Source: Candidatus Parcubacteria bacterium
Lineage (GTDB): Bacteria > Patescibacteriota > Minisyncoccia > Phycocordibacterales > PALSA-1337
Length of the DNA: 64,000 nt
Direction of reading: 5' to 3'
Assembly (NCBI GenBank): GCA_039799225.1
Contig: JBDLTF010000004.1
Location: 8,454-72,453, forward strand
In this document: positions 8,045-17,403 of the stretch, piece after piece
How the letters are laid out: every line of letters begins with the position of its first letter
How positions within the stretch are numbered: the first letter of the stretch is position 1
Made by a program: the position numbers and the translations under genes
Notes under the pieces: model-generated
What the model was told of the DNA's origin: nothing
Database searches by the model: none
Seen by the model: only the letters and a program-made list of their open reading frames with translations

Positions 8045-8389
8045 CTACTTCCCTTTGTCGAACTGCATGTGACTCGGCGGAAGAGCCGGTGGTTCACATG
8101 TGCGTCTGAACGTGATTTTCCTGACACCATTGATCTTCGCCGGAGATTCATCAGCCTTAACCCAGATATGTTGCTGGGCCATAAACCGATAGAATAACCT
8201 CCGAGAAAGCGGTGCGCCGAAGGTTTTGAGCATCCTACGGAGATCTTCCCCTTCAACAGCCTTACCGTTCAGAAGCGTCGGCAACAACCGACGAGCTTTT
8301 TCGAGATTGTGAGCTACCAAGACGACTCTGGCGATGACTATGAGAGCCCCGATAACTGCTGCCACTAAGATGATTTTCATGTAGTCCAT
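8045..8389 (-). CDS. small single-pass membrane protein, paralog 1 of 3
   Basis: N-terminal TM helix followed by an ~85-aa basic cytoplasmic domain. Shared pattern with the next two genes (L..K, G..E.LR..LK..G..LS...FY..M, C-terminal RR cluster). Confidence 0.5.
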   Translation of the reverse strand: MDYMKIILVAAVIGALIVIARVVLVAHNLEKARRLLPTLLNGKAVEGEDLRRMLKTFGAPLSRRLFYRFMAQQHIWVKADESPAKINGVRKITFRRTCEPPALPPSHMQFDKGK

Positions 8390-8424
8390 AACCTAAACCT
8401 ACCTTTCTTTTGAGAGAACCTGTG

Positions 8425-8763
8425 TTATCCGACCGATCTATCTGACAATTTCCGCCGGCGGTACCGCATGAAGAATCCAACCTCGCCAGTAGAATCATCA
8501 TCTACTTCTTCACTGATGATGTATGTCTTCAAACTCTTGGCGACTGCGCGCAGGAGACGTGGACCAACGCTAATGTCCCGCTTCCTCAGGTTAATGATGA
8601 TCTCATGCTCGCTGGAGAATTCGTCTTTCATCAATCCTGGCAGAGCTTCGCGTACTTTACTGCTCAAGTGCTGTCTACGAATGATGTAGATCAGACACGC
8701 TGCGACTACCGCCGATACGATGTATATCATGGTGTTCCTTTTGGTTGTGTTGTACTTTTGCAA
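8425..8763 (-). CDS. small single-pass membrane protein, paralog 2 of 3
   Basis: Same architecture as 8045..8389 and 8887..9210. Confidence 0.5.
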   Translation of the reverse strand: MQKYNTTKRNTMIYIVSAVVAACLIYIIRRQHLSSKVREALPGLMKDEFSSEHEIIINLRKRDISVGPRLLRAVAKSLKTYIISEEVDDDSTGEVGFFMRYRRRKLSDRSVG

Positions 8764-8794
8764 AACAATACCACTTTATACAATAAAGTCAACG

Positions 8795-8870
8795 GTGAAT
8801 TAAAAAGACCGGACATCATCGCGATGTCCGGTCTGTCGTGGTCACTGTTCACCCTGTTTAAATGACCGCG
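8795..8870 (-). repeat. intergenic repeat copy A: terminator hairpin plus conserved flanking motif
   Basis: aaaaagaccggacatcatcgcgatgtccggtc (10-bp stem) followed by a conserved gttcaccct.tttaa block. About 80 percent identical to 9270..9345. Confidence 0.6.
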
Positions 8871-8886
8871 ACAAAGTAATCTGCAA

Positions 8887-9210
8887 TCAACCCACCCGAA
8901 TAATTTCTGGACGCAACTGATACTGTCGTCTTTGTATTTGAACTCCATCGACATATACCGGAACATCTCTCTGGTTGATCATCCCTTCTAAAGTCGACAT
9001 GTGGTTATAGAATGCAACGCCAGATAGACTTACACCCCGCTCTTTGAGTTTCTTTCTAACCTCTCGAGCATCGATCCATTCGTGACCAATGATGTCTCCA
9101 GGAATCATGCTGCTGGCCTTTTTGAGTTCGCACTGATTATATAGACCCCAAACAAACATGATTGTTCCGAGAAACACCGCCAAAAGTATTACACCCACGA
9201 GAGTTTCCAT
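8887..9210 (-). CDS. small single-pass membrane protein, paralog 3 of 3
   Basis: Same architecture. The HTH-like segment ERGVSLSGVAFYNHMSTLEG is suggestive only. Confidence 0.5.
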   Translation of the reverse strand: METLVGVILLAVFLGTIMFVWGLYNQCELKKASSMIPGDIIGHEWIDAREVRKKLKERGVSLSGVAFYNHMSTLEGMINQRDVPVYVDGVQIQRRQYQLRPEIIRVG

Positions 9211-9269
9211 ACGTGCCTTTCGTTTTTTTGTTTGTACCTGTTTATTCAGATAATACGATATTTAGAAGA

Positions 9270-9345
9270 TAAGTCAAATTAAAAAGGCCGGACATCATCG
9301 CGATGCCCGGCCCCGTCGAGACCCTAGTTCACCCTTATTTAAGAA
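9270..9345 (-). repeat. intergenic repeat copy B (terminator hairpin plus conserved motif)
   Basis: aaaaaggccggacatcatcgcgatgcccggcc ... gttcacccttatttaa. Acts as terminator for 9339..9881 on the minus strand. Confidence 0.6.
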
Positions 9346-9881
9346 GTCTCGACAGATTCTGTACCTTCCAGCTCATACCACGGTAATGGCCGAAGCTTCC
9401 TGTTAATATCAATGAGATACCGGACACTGAGTCGTTCACACTCTTTTGGGATTGCAGCACGAACCTGCTCCACAATCATCCGATCAAACATGTCGATGCG
9501 ACACTGAACATCGCAGTGCAGAGCAGATGATACCCTTATAACCGTCGAACGTTTGATGGCCATCTCATGTGCCATCCAATTTACGTCTCCTGGTCCCGGC
9601 ATCTCAACCTGTTCCAATGCCTTCAAGGTCTGTAGACGCACCAGTCGAATGTACAACCACTCCGGCAAGACACAGTCGACAACCTTGGCATCCGAACTAC
9701 TCATCGTAATGAGTCCTGTTGATGTAAACTCCGGTATTTCCTTACAATCACAGAGCACATCTCTCAACACTTCCATAAATGTCCTCATAAAAAAGATCCT
9801 TTCAGGAACATTTATACACCTAAATACATATGTTGTCAAGTAACAAAAACCACCCCTTTCGGGGCGGCTTCTGTTGTGCAC
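9339..9881 (-). CDS. hypothetical Cys-containing cytoplasmic protein
   Basis: The ORF-track start is GTG. The likely start is the internal MRTFMEVL. CDC and HCDVQC motifs. No TM segment. Confidence 0.4.
   Translation of the reverse strand: MHNRSRPERGGFCYLTTYVFRCINVPERIFFMRTFMEVLRDVLCDCKEIPEFTSTGLITMSSSDAKVVDCVLPEWLYIRLVRLQTLKALEQVEMPGPGDVNWMAHEMAIKRSTVIRVSSALHCDVQCRIDMFDRMIVEQVRAAIPKECERLSVRYLIDINRKLRPLPWYELEGTESVETS
9842..9870 (-). terminator. hairpin + U-run downstream of 9896..10375
   Basis: ccgccccgaaaggggtgg followed by TTTTTG on the minus strand. Confidence 0.45.
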
Positions 9882-9895
9882 TATGCACTGAGAGG

Positions 9896-10375
9896 TTACT
9901 TATTGTTCACTGCCTCGAGAGCCTTGAAGACTGACGCGGTGTTGGAATAACGAGTAGACCTGACAACTGCGAGACTTGAGCCGGTGGCAGTACCTGACTG
10001 GCATGCCTGAGCTGAAGTCGCACATCCGATCTCGAAGGAGAGGCCTGAGAGGCCTGCCTCTGCTGCGGACGGAATCCAGGTAGCTGTGCCATCATTGGCA
10101 GTAGCGCCAGAGATCGTACGGACCACTTCATAACGATTTGGATTGCTCGAAACCTTGCGGATAAGACGGATACTGACCGTCGATCCAGAATAGTTCGATG
10201 AAGACCACTTAATCGTCTGAGCCTGTCCCATCTCGAAGTTTCCAGAGACAGGAGCCTTGAGAGTGAGCTTAGCGCTCGACGTAGCTGCCTCTGCCATTAC
10301 AGAGCTAGCGACAACGGCGAGAGTAATTATGGCAATGATCACAATAACGTTCCTGAACATGCTGGTTTTCTTCAT
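9896..10375 (-). CDS. secreted Ser/Thr-rich protein with signal peptide
   Basis: Signal peptide MKKTSMFRNVIVIIAIITLAVVASSVMA. Beta-rich, Ser/Thr-rich mature part. Confidence 0.55.
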   Translation of the reverse strand: MKKTSMFRNVIVIIAIITLAVVASSVMAEAATSSAKLTLKAPVSGNFEMGQAQTIKWSSSNYSGSTVSIRLIRKVSSNPNRYEVVRTISGATANDGTATWIPSAAEAGLSGLSFEIGCATSAQACQSGTATGSSLAVVRSTRYSNTASVFKALEAVNNK

Positions 10376-10427
10376 ATCTGAATATGATTATTTGTAACGT
10401 TATATATTATATCATATCTAGATTTAT

Positions 10428-10447
10428 TGTCAATAGGCATATTGACA
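10428..10447. promoter_or_regulatory. palindromic operator-like site TGTCAATA-N4-TATTGACA in a divergent AT-rich promoter region
   Basis: Perfect 8-bp inverted repeat overlapping a TTGACA -35-like hexamer, between the divergent genes 9896..10375 and 10487..11056. Confidence 0.3.
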
Positions 10448-10486
10448 TGCCCAAAATAGCTTGGTATTCTCTCACAGAAAGCACTT

Positions 10487-11056
10487 TTGAAATCTATGAA
10501 CAAAATCTTCATCGTTACAGCGGGCGAAACAACGCTCAGCCCCTCCTTGCACCTAGCTGCACTCTCTGAAAAAGGTATGTGGCAGGCTTCATGCATTAAT
10601 ACAACGCTCGAGACATCATTCGGCTTGATATTGTATGCTCCAACCGCGGGTGCATCACAGACTGCACATATCATCGCTGGAGTAGAATCAGCTCTTCCCG
10701 AGCGGATGACTGAGCTTTGCTACCAACAAGGTGGCGAGGATGAACACAATATCTCCATGTCGCTAAAAATTGTCGGTGATACTGCACCTATATCTGAACA
10801 CTTTCGTCGAGGTATGGAAGATTCTCTCCGGAGACTGGGATCTGCGGCGCATATGCGGATCATGAATCTCATTGAGGCACGGAAGCCTCGATCGACACTG
10901 ATCATCGCTGATCCGCTCATTGCACCAGTTCTCGCATTTATGATGAGCGAGAAACATCACTCATCGAGAAGGTTTACCGAACGAGCACTCGGTCCGTGTC
11001 AGGGATACATGCTTAGTTCGAATGGTAATGGGTTCGTGCAGGTAGCTGAGATCTGA
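10487..11056 (+). CDS. hypothetical protein (189 aa)
   Basis: ORF with a strong downstream terminator. Weak resemblance to the histidine-phosphatase fold, but the RHG motif is absent. Confidence 0.45.
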   Translation: MKSMNKIFIVTAGETTLSPSLHLAALSEKGMWQASCINTTLETSFGLILYAPTAGASQTAHIIAGVESALPERMTELCYQQGGEDEHNISMSLKIVGDTAPISEHFRRGMEDSLRRLGSAAHMRIMNLIEARKPRSTLIIADPLIAPVLAFMMSEKHHSSRRFTERALGPCQGYMLSSNGNGFVQVAEI

Positions 11057-11077
11057 TTACCTAGAATACCCTACGCA

Positions 11078-11110
11078 AACCCCGTCACAAAATGACGGGG
11101 TTTTTATTTT
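11078..11110 (+). terminator. rho-independent terminator
   Basis: ccccgtca-caaaa-tgacgggg followed by a T-run. Confidence 0.65.
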
Positions 11111-11111
11111 A

Positions 11112-11185
11112 TGGCGGGCGATCGAGGAATCGAACCTCGGACAGCGGTTTTGGAGACCGCAGTTATGCCACTTAACTAATCGCCC
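11112..11185 (-). tRNA. tRNA-Trp(CCA): tRNA-Trp(CCA), CCA encoded
   Basis: Reverse complement folds as acceptor gggcgat/atcgccc, anticodon loop with CCA, T-arm cgagg-ttcgatt-cctcg, discriminator G, CCA. Confidence 0.85.
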
Positions 11186-11245
11186 ATTAAAAAAGAGAGT
11201 GGACTAATCCTACCCTCTTTTTTGTCGTTATGCAAAGCGCTGAGA

Positions 11246-11401
11246 CTATTTCTTCGCTTCCTTGAAGACTACGTGCTTGCGGAGGACAGCACTGTACTTC
11301 TTAAGCTCGATCTTGCGCTCGACCTTCTTCTTATTCTTGCGGGTCCAATAGGTCTCGCCAGTCGACTTGTTCTTGATTTGTATGAGTTGGTCCTGTGACA
11401 T
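11246..11401 (-). CDS. rpmG: 50S ribosomal protein L33
   Basis: Hand translation gives MSQDQLIQIKNKSTGETYWTRKNKKKVERKIELKKYSAVLRKHVVFKEAKK (51 aa). Below the ORF-track size cutoff. Confidence 0.75.
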   Translation of the reverse strand: MSQDQLIQIKNKSTGETYWTRKNKKKVERKIELKKYSAVLRKHVVFKEAKK

Positions 11402-11463
11402 GTGGGTAAAATGATGTCGCTGTACTATACCCTATCAGACGAGCGAATGCAAGGCTTGAGACA

Positions 11464-11500
11464 CCAGTCAGGGACAAAAAAGACCGCCACGATTGCTCGG
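11464..11500 (-). terminator. hairpin + U6 terminator downstream of 11536..12585
   Basis: agaccgcc...ggcggtct stem followed by TTTTTT on the minus strand. Confidence 0.5.
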
Positions 11501-11535
11501 GGCGGTCTACTGAATCTCACATAGTCAATCGGCTG

Positions 11536-12585
11536 TTAACCCTTGCCGCCGGTGTAATAGAACTGCGGCTGGCCGAACTTGGTCCAGTTGAATTTCACGA
11601 TACGGTACTCGCCGGCCGGGAATTTCATTTCCGTAGGCTTGGTCGTATCGAGATCGACCGTAAGCACCCTACCCTGCGTGATGAGTTCGATTTCCATCGA
11701 GTATGGGCGCTCGAGATACGGCTTACCATCCTGAACGAGCCCGAGCACATCAATGGTCATATCCTGCTTGCCGACAAGGTTCAGATAGGCCGTCGGAAGT
11801 GCGTAGGTCTCCAGAATCTTGAGCGTAGCGGATCCCGCTGAAGCAGTCGTGAGCTGATAGTGCCCATCGACCGAATAGTTGTCCATCTCATAGGTAGAGG
11901 TTGCCGGCTTTGCGACCGGGTCGCTCACTTTGTAGGTGACAACTTTGCCATCGGTATATTTGACCCACACGATCATGTTGGTATACCGAGACAACCATTC
12001 AGGCCAGAACAACTGACCGTCCCTGACCTGCACGTAGACAGCATCTGCGGTTTGTCCGTCCTCATTGAGAACGAGCACATTCGCTTCGCTGACGTCACTG
12101 AGAATGGGGATTTCCCACATCCAAAGATTGACGTGGATACCATTGGTAGGAGTGATGTTCTTGGCGATGGCATTACCATTGCCATAGAACAACAGATTCC
12201 AGTTCGTATCGTACAGATACGCGTATGAATCGACGCGGTCGTCTTGATTCTTTATCCAATAGCTAAACGGCACGGCGAAGAGTTTCTTGAGGATATCTTC
12301 ACCTGATGTACCATTCGTGTCCGTCGAGTTCACAGTTCCCTTGCGACTCCAATCCATACTGGGGGAATATGTGTACCGCCCGCCGTAGGCCGCGATCTTG
12401 AGCGCATAACTGCGCAAGAGATCAGGGCTCTGAATTTGAGGCAAACTAGTCGGGTGATCTGCAGCGATGGCCGTGAATGAGAGAAGCGCCGCCAGGATGG
12501 CGAGCGCGAACAGGTTCTTCAGTTTCATAGTTTCTTTCGTTTCTGTATTTCCGTATTGTTTTCGTTGTTTTTTGTTTGCTACCAA
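11536..12585 (-). CDS. secreted hypothetical protein (signal peptide)
   Basis: Likely start at the internal MKLKNLFALAILAALLSFTAIAA (around 12525). Trp/Tyr-rich beta-type sequence. Confidence 0.5.
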   Translation of the reverse strand: MVANKKQRKQYGNTETKETMKLKNLFALAILAALLSFTAIAADHPTSLPQIQSPDLLRSYALKIAAYGGRYTYSPSMDWSRKGTVNSTDTNGTSGEDILKKLFAVPFSYWIKNQDDRVDSYAYLYDTNWNLLFYGNGNAIAKNITPTNGIHVNLWMWEIPILSDVSEANVLVLNEDGQTADAVYVQVRDGQLFWPEWLSRYTNMIVWVKYTDGKVVTYKVSDPVAKPATSTYEMDNYSVDGHYQLTTASAGSATLKILETYALPTAYLNLVGKQDMTIDVLGLVQDGKPYLERPYSMEIELITQGRVLTVDLDTTKPTEMKFPAGEYRIVKFNWTKFGQPQFYYTGGKG

Positions 12586-13026
12586 TTACTGTTGTTCCGC
12601 GGCTTTGCGCTTCTGCGCTTCGATAAGCTCACGGATCTGCGCTTCGGGAATAGGCGTAGGCCTTTGATCTGTTGACGACCCGAATGCAAAGCTTCCACGC
12701 TGTTCTGTGATAGCGATCGACGTATCGACCACCACCGGCGCTGAGACAACCTCAATCGCCATTTCTTGTTCGACCGGAACGACTTCAGTTGCAACTTGCA
12801 CTTCAGTCGGTTCAGGAACAGGATCATTCGATGCCGTTGCCTTCTTGCGACACGTGAGTGCTACAAGAATTACCACGACAAGCATGACCGCTGCGCCGAG
12901 GGTCAACAAACTGGGTTTTTGACTGTTGGTCTTCATAGGTTCTCCGTTTCGAGCACCAAACAAATCACACACTCTCACAGCCATGCGAGAGATATCATCG
13001 TTTTGATTGACATATGTGGTTTGCAA
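12586..13026 (-). CDS. membrane-anchored hypothetical protein
   Basis: Internal start MKTNSQKPSLLTLGAAVMLVVVILVAL is likely. TM helix followed by an acidic Pro/Val/Glu-rich region. Abuts the downstream gene. Confidence 0.4.
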   Translation of the reverse strand: MQTTYVNQNDDISRMAVRVCDLFGARNGEPMKTNSQKPSLLTLGAAVMLVVVILVALTCRKKATASNDPVPEPTEVQVATEVVPVEQEMAIEVVSAPVVVDTSIAITEQRGSFAFGSSTDQRPTPIPEAQIRELIEAQKRKAAEQQ

Positions 13027-13151
13027 GGAGCAAAAAAGCCCATAACGGGCTCATATAAGGTTTGGGAGTAGTATAGCATATATAAATGCATTTGTCAATG
13101 CTCCTCTGAAAGCCGCCTTGAAATACAGCCACAGAAGAGTACAATGGCCAT

Positions 13152-14351
13152 ATGAAAGGCCTCCTCACCTGGCTCTCTCGCCGACGCTACCCCTACCAGC
13201 CGCTTATCACGGTCAATATCTCTCGCCGTCGCCTCATCGCCAATCTGCACCGATTCATGGAGATAGCTCCCAAGCACGCCGTCGCACCAGTACTCAAGAG
13301 CAACGCATACGGTCATGGGCTCATCGAGGTTGCCAAAATTCTTGAGATGGAACGACGTCGTCCGACCTCAAAGAATGGATCGATCCCCTTCTTCGTTATC
13401 GACTCATACTTCGAGGCACTCGCTCTGCGTGCCGCTGGTATCAGAACTCCGCTCCTCATCATCGGATATACTCGTCCAGAAATTATTGCCAATGCACGAC
13501 TCAGAGGAGTATCGTTCACAATCACGAGCATGGAAACTCTTCGTCATGTGGTGAACTTCCAACCGTCCACATTGAGCTTTCCTCCCTACAAAAAAATCTC
13601 TGTGCACCTCAAGATAGATACAGGTATGCATCGCCAAGGAATCTTGCCTGAGGAACTCTCTCAACTCAACGAAATTCTCGAGGTAAATCCCGCTATTGTG
13701 GTGACCGGCATCTGCTCTCACCTTTCCGATGCCGACAATCAAGATCCTTCCAATACTGAATCTCAACTAAATGTCTGGAATGATATTGTGAAGAAACTAT
13801 CTGCGAATTATTTAACCATCGAGCACATTCACATAAGTAACACTGATGGACATCGTTTCGTCGCAGATGCACATGCAACACTTTCTCGTCTCGGCATCGG
13901 TCTTTATGGAATTGCTGACACTGCTCCACTCGGCGAACATATGTCTCTCGAGCCTGTTATGCGTATGGAGACCATAATTACTGGTGTGAAGAATCTCAAG
14001 CGCGACGAAACTGTCAGCTATGGAAATTCATTCAAGGCGGAATCAGATATGCTCATCGCAACTATTCCCGTCGGCTACTATGAAGGTATCGATCGACGTC
14101 TCTCAAACATCGGTACAATATTGGTCGGTGATGAAGATGTTCCCTGCCGCATCCTTGGACGCGTCAGTATGAACATCACTATCATTGATGTCACTCATGT
14201 ACCTGACGCAAAAATTGGCATGAAAGTAACTGCTATTAGTAATGATACAGAGGATCAGAACTCTATCGTGCAAATAGCCAAGAAATGCCAGACCATCCCT
14301 TACGAGATTGTAGTGCACATTCCTGAGCAACTGAAGAGAGTGGTGATATAG
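13152..14351 (+). CDS. alr: alanine racemase
   Basis: PLP-lysine motif PVLKSNAYGHG and the C-terminal GRVSMN block. Confidence 0.85.
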   Translation: MKGLLTWLSRRRYPYQPLITVNISRRRLIANLHRFMEIAPKHAVAPVLKSNAYGHGLIEVAKILEMERRRPTSKNGSIPFFVIDSYFEALALRAAGIRTPLLIIGYTRPEIIANARLRGVSFTITSMETLRHVVNFQPSTLSFPPYKKISVHLKIDTGMHRQGILPEELSQLNEILEVNPAIVVTGICSHLSDADNQDPSNTESQLNVWNDIVKKLSANYLTIEHIHISNTDGHRFVADAHATLSRLGIGLYGIADTAPLGEHMSLEPVMRMETIITGVKNLKRDETVSYGNSFKAESDMLIATIPVGYYEGIDRRLSNIGTILVGDEDVPCRILGRVSMNITIIDVTHVPDAKIGMKVTAISNDTEDQNSIVQIAKKCQTIPYEIVVHIPEQLKRVVI

Positions 14352-14388
14352 AGAATAACCGTAGGGCTTGAGGTTACTCTTGTGATAA

Positions 14389-14417
14389 ATCAAAAAACTG
14401 CTAGAATCATGGAGTTA
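14389..14417 (+). promoter_or_regulatory. sigma70-like promoter TTGTGA-N16-TAGAAT upstream of tRNA-Tyr
   Basis: Hexamers with 16-nt spacing about 9 nt before the tRNA 5' end. Confidence 0.4.
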
Positions 14418-14425
14418 TCGAAAAT

Positions 14426-14508
14426 GCGCCGTTCGGATAGCGGCTATTCCAGGGGACTGTAAATCCCCGGCCCTATGGGCATCGCTGGTTCGAGTCCAGC
14501 ACGGCGCA
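14426..14508 (+). tRNA. tRNA-Tyr(GTA): tRNA-Tyr(GTA), type II
   Basis: Acceptor gcgccgt/acggcgc, anticodon loop cuGUAaa, long variable arm, T-arm gctgg-ttcgagt-ccagc. Confidence 0.85.
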
Positions 14509-14525
14509 CAAACACAATGTAAACG

Positions 14526-14553
14526 AAAAAGCGCCCATACTCTGAGCGCTTTT
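14526..14553. terminator. bidirectional terminator between tRNA-Tyr and clpB
   Basis: aaaaagcgc...gcgctttttt. Confidence 0.6.
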
Positions 14554-14555
14554 TT

Positions 14556-17255
14556 CTACTTCTGCGCCATAACACTCGGCATCACGATAGGACTCTCGCC
14601 TTTCTGTTTCTTCTTCACTTCGAAAGTGAATGAAGGTTGAACTTCACCTTTACCTGCTGGCTTGATACCAACTTCGATGATACCTCCCTTGCTGACAGAC
14701 TGTGCAATAAGAAGATTTGCGACTGGCGTGAGAATCTTGGTCTGAATGAGACGCTTGAGCGGACGAGCACCATACTGTGGGTTGTAACCCTCCTTGGCGA
14801 GATATTCGTAGACTGCAGGAGAGATGTTAAGAGTGATCTGCTTCTCAGTGAGACGCTTGACCACCTGCTCCACCTGGATCCTGACGATATCCTTGATAGC
14901 CTCATGCGAGAGGATGTCGAAGATGATGGTGTCATCGAGACGATTGAGGAATTCTGGTCTGAAATACTCCTTGAGAGATGACATAACCTTGTCTTTAGCT
15001 TCGAGATAGTTGTTCTTGTCGCGATTGTCAGTGTCACGAGCGAAGCCAAGCTTCTCCATGCGCTCGATGTGCTGAGCACCAATGTTAGAAGTCATGATGA
15101 TGACAGTATTGCGGAAATTGACCACGCGACCCTTGGAGTCAGTGAGACGACCGTTGTCGAGCACCTGAAGGAGTACGTTGAATACTTCTGGATGAGCCTT
15201 CTCGATCTCATCGAAGAGAATGACGGCGTACGGACGATGACGAACCATTTCGGTGAGACCTCCTGCTTCATCATAGCCAACATATCCTGGAGGTGCACCG
15301 ACGAGCTTGGAGACACTGTGCTTCTCCATGAACTCTGACATATCTACGCGAATGAGTGCCTTGTCATCATTGAAAAGGAATTCTGCGAGTGCCTTGGTGA
15401 GCTCAGTCTTACCTACACCGGTAGGTCCGAGGAAGATGAATGAACCGATCGGACGATTTGGATCAGCGATGCCTGCGCGTGAACGGCGGATAGTATCTGA
15501 AATTTTCGAGACTGCCTCATCCTGACCGACGATGCGCTTCTTGAGCTCGTCTTCCATGCGAGTGAGCTTGATAGCCTCTGACTCGAGCATTCTTGTAACA
15601 GGGATTCCTGTCCAGCGAGAAACTACACCAGCGATATCTTCGGCGTTGATTTCCTCCTTGAGGATGCGGCGTGATGACTGGAGCTTCTTGAGACGCTTGG
15701 ACTTCTGATCAAGCTCCTTCTCGAGTGCAGGAATGGTGCCGTAGCGGATTTCAGCGGCCTTGGAGAGATCTGCGCGTGCCTCTGCCATCTCTGCTTCCAT
15801 ACGGAATGATTCGAGTTCCTTCTTGATGCGCTTGATCTCGCTGATAGTCTCCTTCTCATTGGTCCACTTGAGCTCAAGCTCTGAGGTGCCTTCCTTGAGA
15901 TCAGCAATCTCCTTCTCGATCTTGGCCATACGAGCCTTTGATTCCTTATTGGTCTCCTTCTTGAGAGCTTCACGCTCTATCTCGAAGCGCATAATCTTGC
16001 GACGAGTCTCTTCGAGCGCAGGAGGCATATTCTCGAGTGAGATGCGGAGACTAGAAGCGGCCTCATCGATGAGGTCGACGACTTTGTCTGGCAAGAATCG
16101 GTCGGTGATATAACGGCTGGCGAGATTGACTGAGGCAATGATGGCATCATCCGTGATACGAACGCCGTGGAAGAGCTCATACTTCTCTTTGACACCGCGG
16201 AGGATAGCGATAGCATCATCTGGTGACGGCTCGTTGACGAATACTGGCTGGAAACGGCGAGTGAGTGCAGGATCCTTCTCGATGTATTTCTGATATTCCT
16301 TGAGAGTGGTTGCTCCGATAGCACGAAGTTCACCACGTGCGAGCGCCGGCTTGAGCATGTTGGATGCGTCCATAGAACCCTCTGATGCACCAGCACCAAC
16401 GAGCGTATGGATCTCATCGATGAAGAGGATGATTTTGCCGTCAGACTTCTCAACTTCCTTCAAAATATTCTTGAGACGCTCTTCGAATTCGCCACGATAC
16501 TTGGTACCAGCGATGAGAGAGCCGAGATCGAGCGAGACGAGCTCCTTATCCTTGAGAGATTCAGGAACATCACCCTGCGCCATGCGAAGCGCGAGACCTT
16601 CTGCGATAGCAGTCTTACCGACACCAGCTTCTCCGATGAGAATCGGGTTGTTCTTGGTGCGGCGTGAGAGGATCTGGATGATACGCATGATTTCTGCGTC
16701 ACGACCGATGACAGGATCGAGGCGATTTTCCTTGGCGAGCTTGGTGAGTGAGCGAGCATACTTGAAAAGTGTACGAAGCTTCTTAGGCTCGGTCTCTTTG
16801 ATAGCTGGATCTTTCTTGAGCTCTTCGATAATCTTGGATACAGCTTCACGCTCAATCTTGAAACGTGAGAGTATGTCGCGTGCGATACATGGTGTATCGA
16901 ATACCGAGAGGAAGAGATGTTCGGTTGAAACAAACTCATCCTTGAGAGCCGTAGCAACGCGCATCGAATTGTCCAAGATCTGCGCGAGATCTGGTGTGAG
17001 GTATATCTGATATGACGGTGAGAGCACATTTGATCCCTCAGGAGCCTCGATCTGTTCGAGGACAACGTCGAGCATCATAGGTGTGTCGATCTCCATCTTA
17101 TCGAGGATAGATGCGACCATACTCTCTTCCTGTAGCATAAGGGCGCACAAGAGGTGCGCAGGATTCACGTGGTTCTGGCCGCGCTCAATCGCGAGCTCGT
17201 GTGCTCGGCGGAGGGCTTCGCGGGCCTTAGTTGTGAGCTTATTCATTGGAGGCAT
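14556..17255 (-). CDS. clpB: ATP-dependent chaperone ClpB
   Basis: Clp N-domain, two AAA+ modules ([18 protein letters not shown]) and the long coiled-coil middle domain typical of ClpB. 899 aa. Confidence 0.95.
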   Translation of the reverse strand: MPPMNKLTTKAREALRRAHELAIERGQNHVNPAHLLCALMLQEESMVASILDKMEIDTPMMLDVVLEQIEAPEGSNVLSPSYQIYLTPDLAQILDNSMRVATALKDEFVSTEHLFLSVFDTPCIARDILSRFKIEREAVSKIIEELKKDPAIKETEPKKLRTLFKYARSLTKLAKENRLDPVIGRDAEIMRIIQILSRRTKNNPILIGEAGVGKTAIAEGLALRMAQGDVPESLKDKELVSLDLGSLIAGTKYRGEFEERLKNILKEVEKSDGKIILFIDEIHTLVGAGASEGSMDASNMLKPALARGELRAIGATTLKEYQKYIEKDPALTRRFQPVFVNEPSPDDAIAILRGVKEKYELFHGVRITDDAIIASVNLASRYITDRFLPDKVVDLIDEAASSLRISLENMPPALEETRRKIMRFEIEREALKKETNKESKARMAKIEKEIADLKEGTSELELKWTNEKETISEIKRIKKELESFRMEAEMAEARADLSKAAEIRYGTIPALEKELDQKSKRLKKLQSSRRILKEEINAEDIAGVVSRWTGIPVTRMLESEAIKLTRMEDELKKRIVGQDEAVSKISDTIRRSRAGIADPNRPIGSFIFLGPTGVGKTELTKALAEFLFNDDKALIRVDMSEFMEKHSVSKLVGAPPGYVGYDEAGGLTEMVRHRPYAVILFDEIEKAHPEVFNVLLQVLDNGRLTDSKGRVVNFRNTVIIMTSNIGAQHIERMEKLGFARDTDNRDKNNYLEAKDKVMSSLKEYFRPEFLNRLDDTIIFDILSHEAIKDIVRIQVEQVVKRLTEKQITLNISPAVYEYLAKEGYNPQYGARPLKRLIQTKILTPVANLLIAQSVSKGGIIEVGIKPAGKGEVQPSFTFEVKKKQKGESPIVMPSVMAQK

Positions 17256-17403
17256 ATGTATATATAGTACTACGAAAATGAGTGTTTAGTCAAACATGTC
17301 CCCTATCCTGCTTAGTGCGACGAACGAGACTCAAATTTCTTTCATGAAAGAACCTCCAGTACACATAAAGTGTACAGGGTAACGCAGAAAATGTGAAGTT
17401 TGA

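Noticed and set aside
10487-11056. Calling 10487..11056 a phosphoglycerate-mutase-family histidine phosphatase
   Set aside because: The N-terminus superficially resembles the fold (IFIVTAGETT), but the catalytic RHG motif is absent. It is left as hypothetical.
14615-17065. Long antisense or alternative-frame ORFs inside clpB (e.g. 16300..17010(+), 16460..17065(-), 14615..15082(-))
   Set aside because: ClpB motifs are unambiguous in the 14556..17255 frame. The others are Ser/Arg-rich shadow ORFs.
17256-17403. CIRCE (HrcA) or CtsR operator upstream of clpB
   Set aside because: Only a single AGTCAAA heptad and unrelated palindromes (ttctttc-atg-gaaagaa, gtacac-ataaa-gtgtac) are present. There is no TTAGCACTC-N9-GAGTGCTAA and no tandem GGTCAAA repeats.
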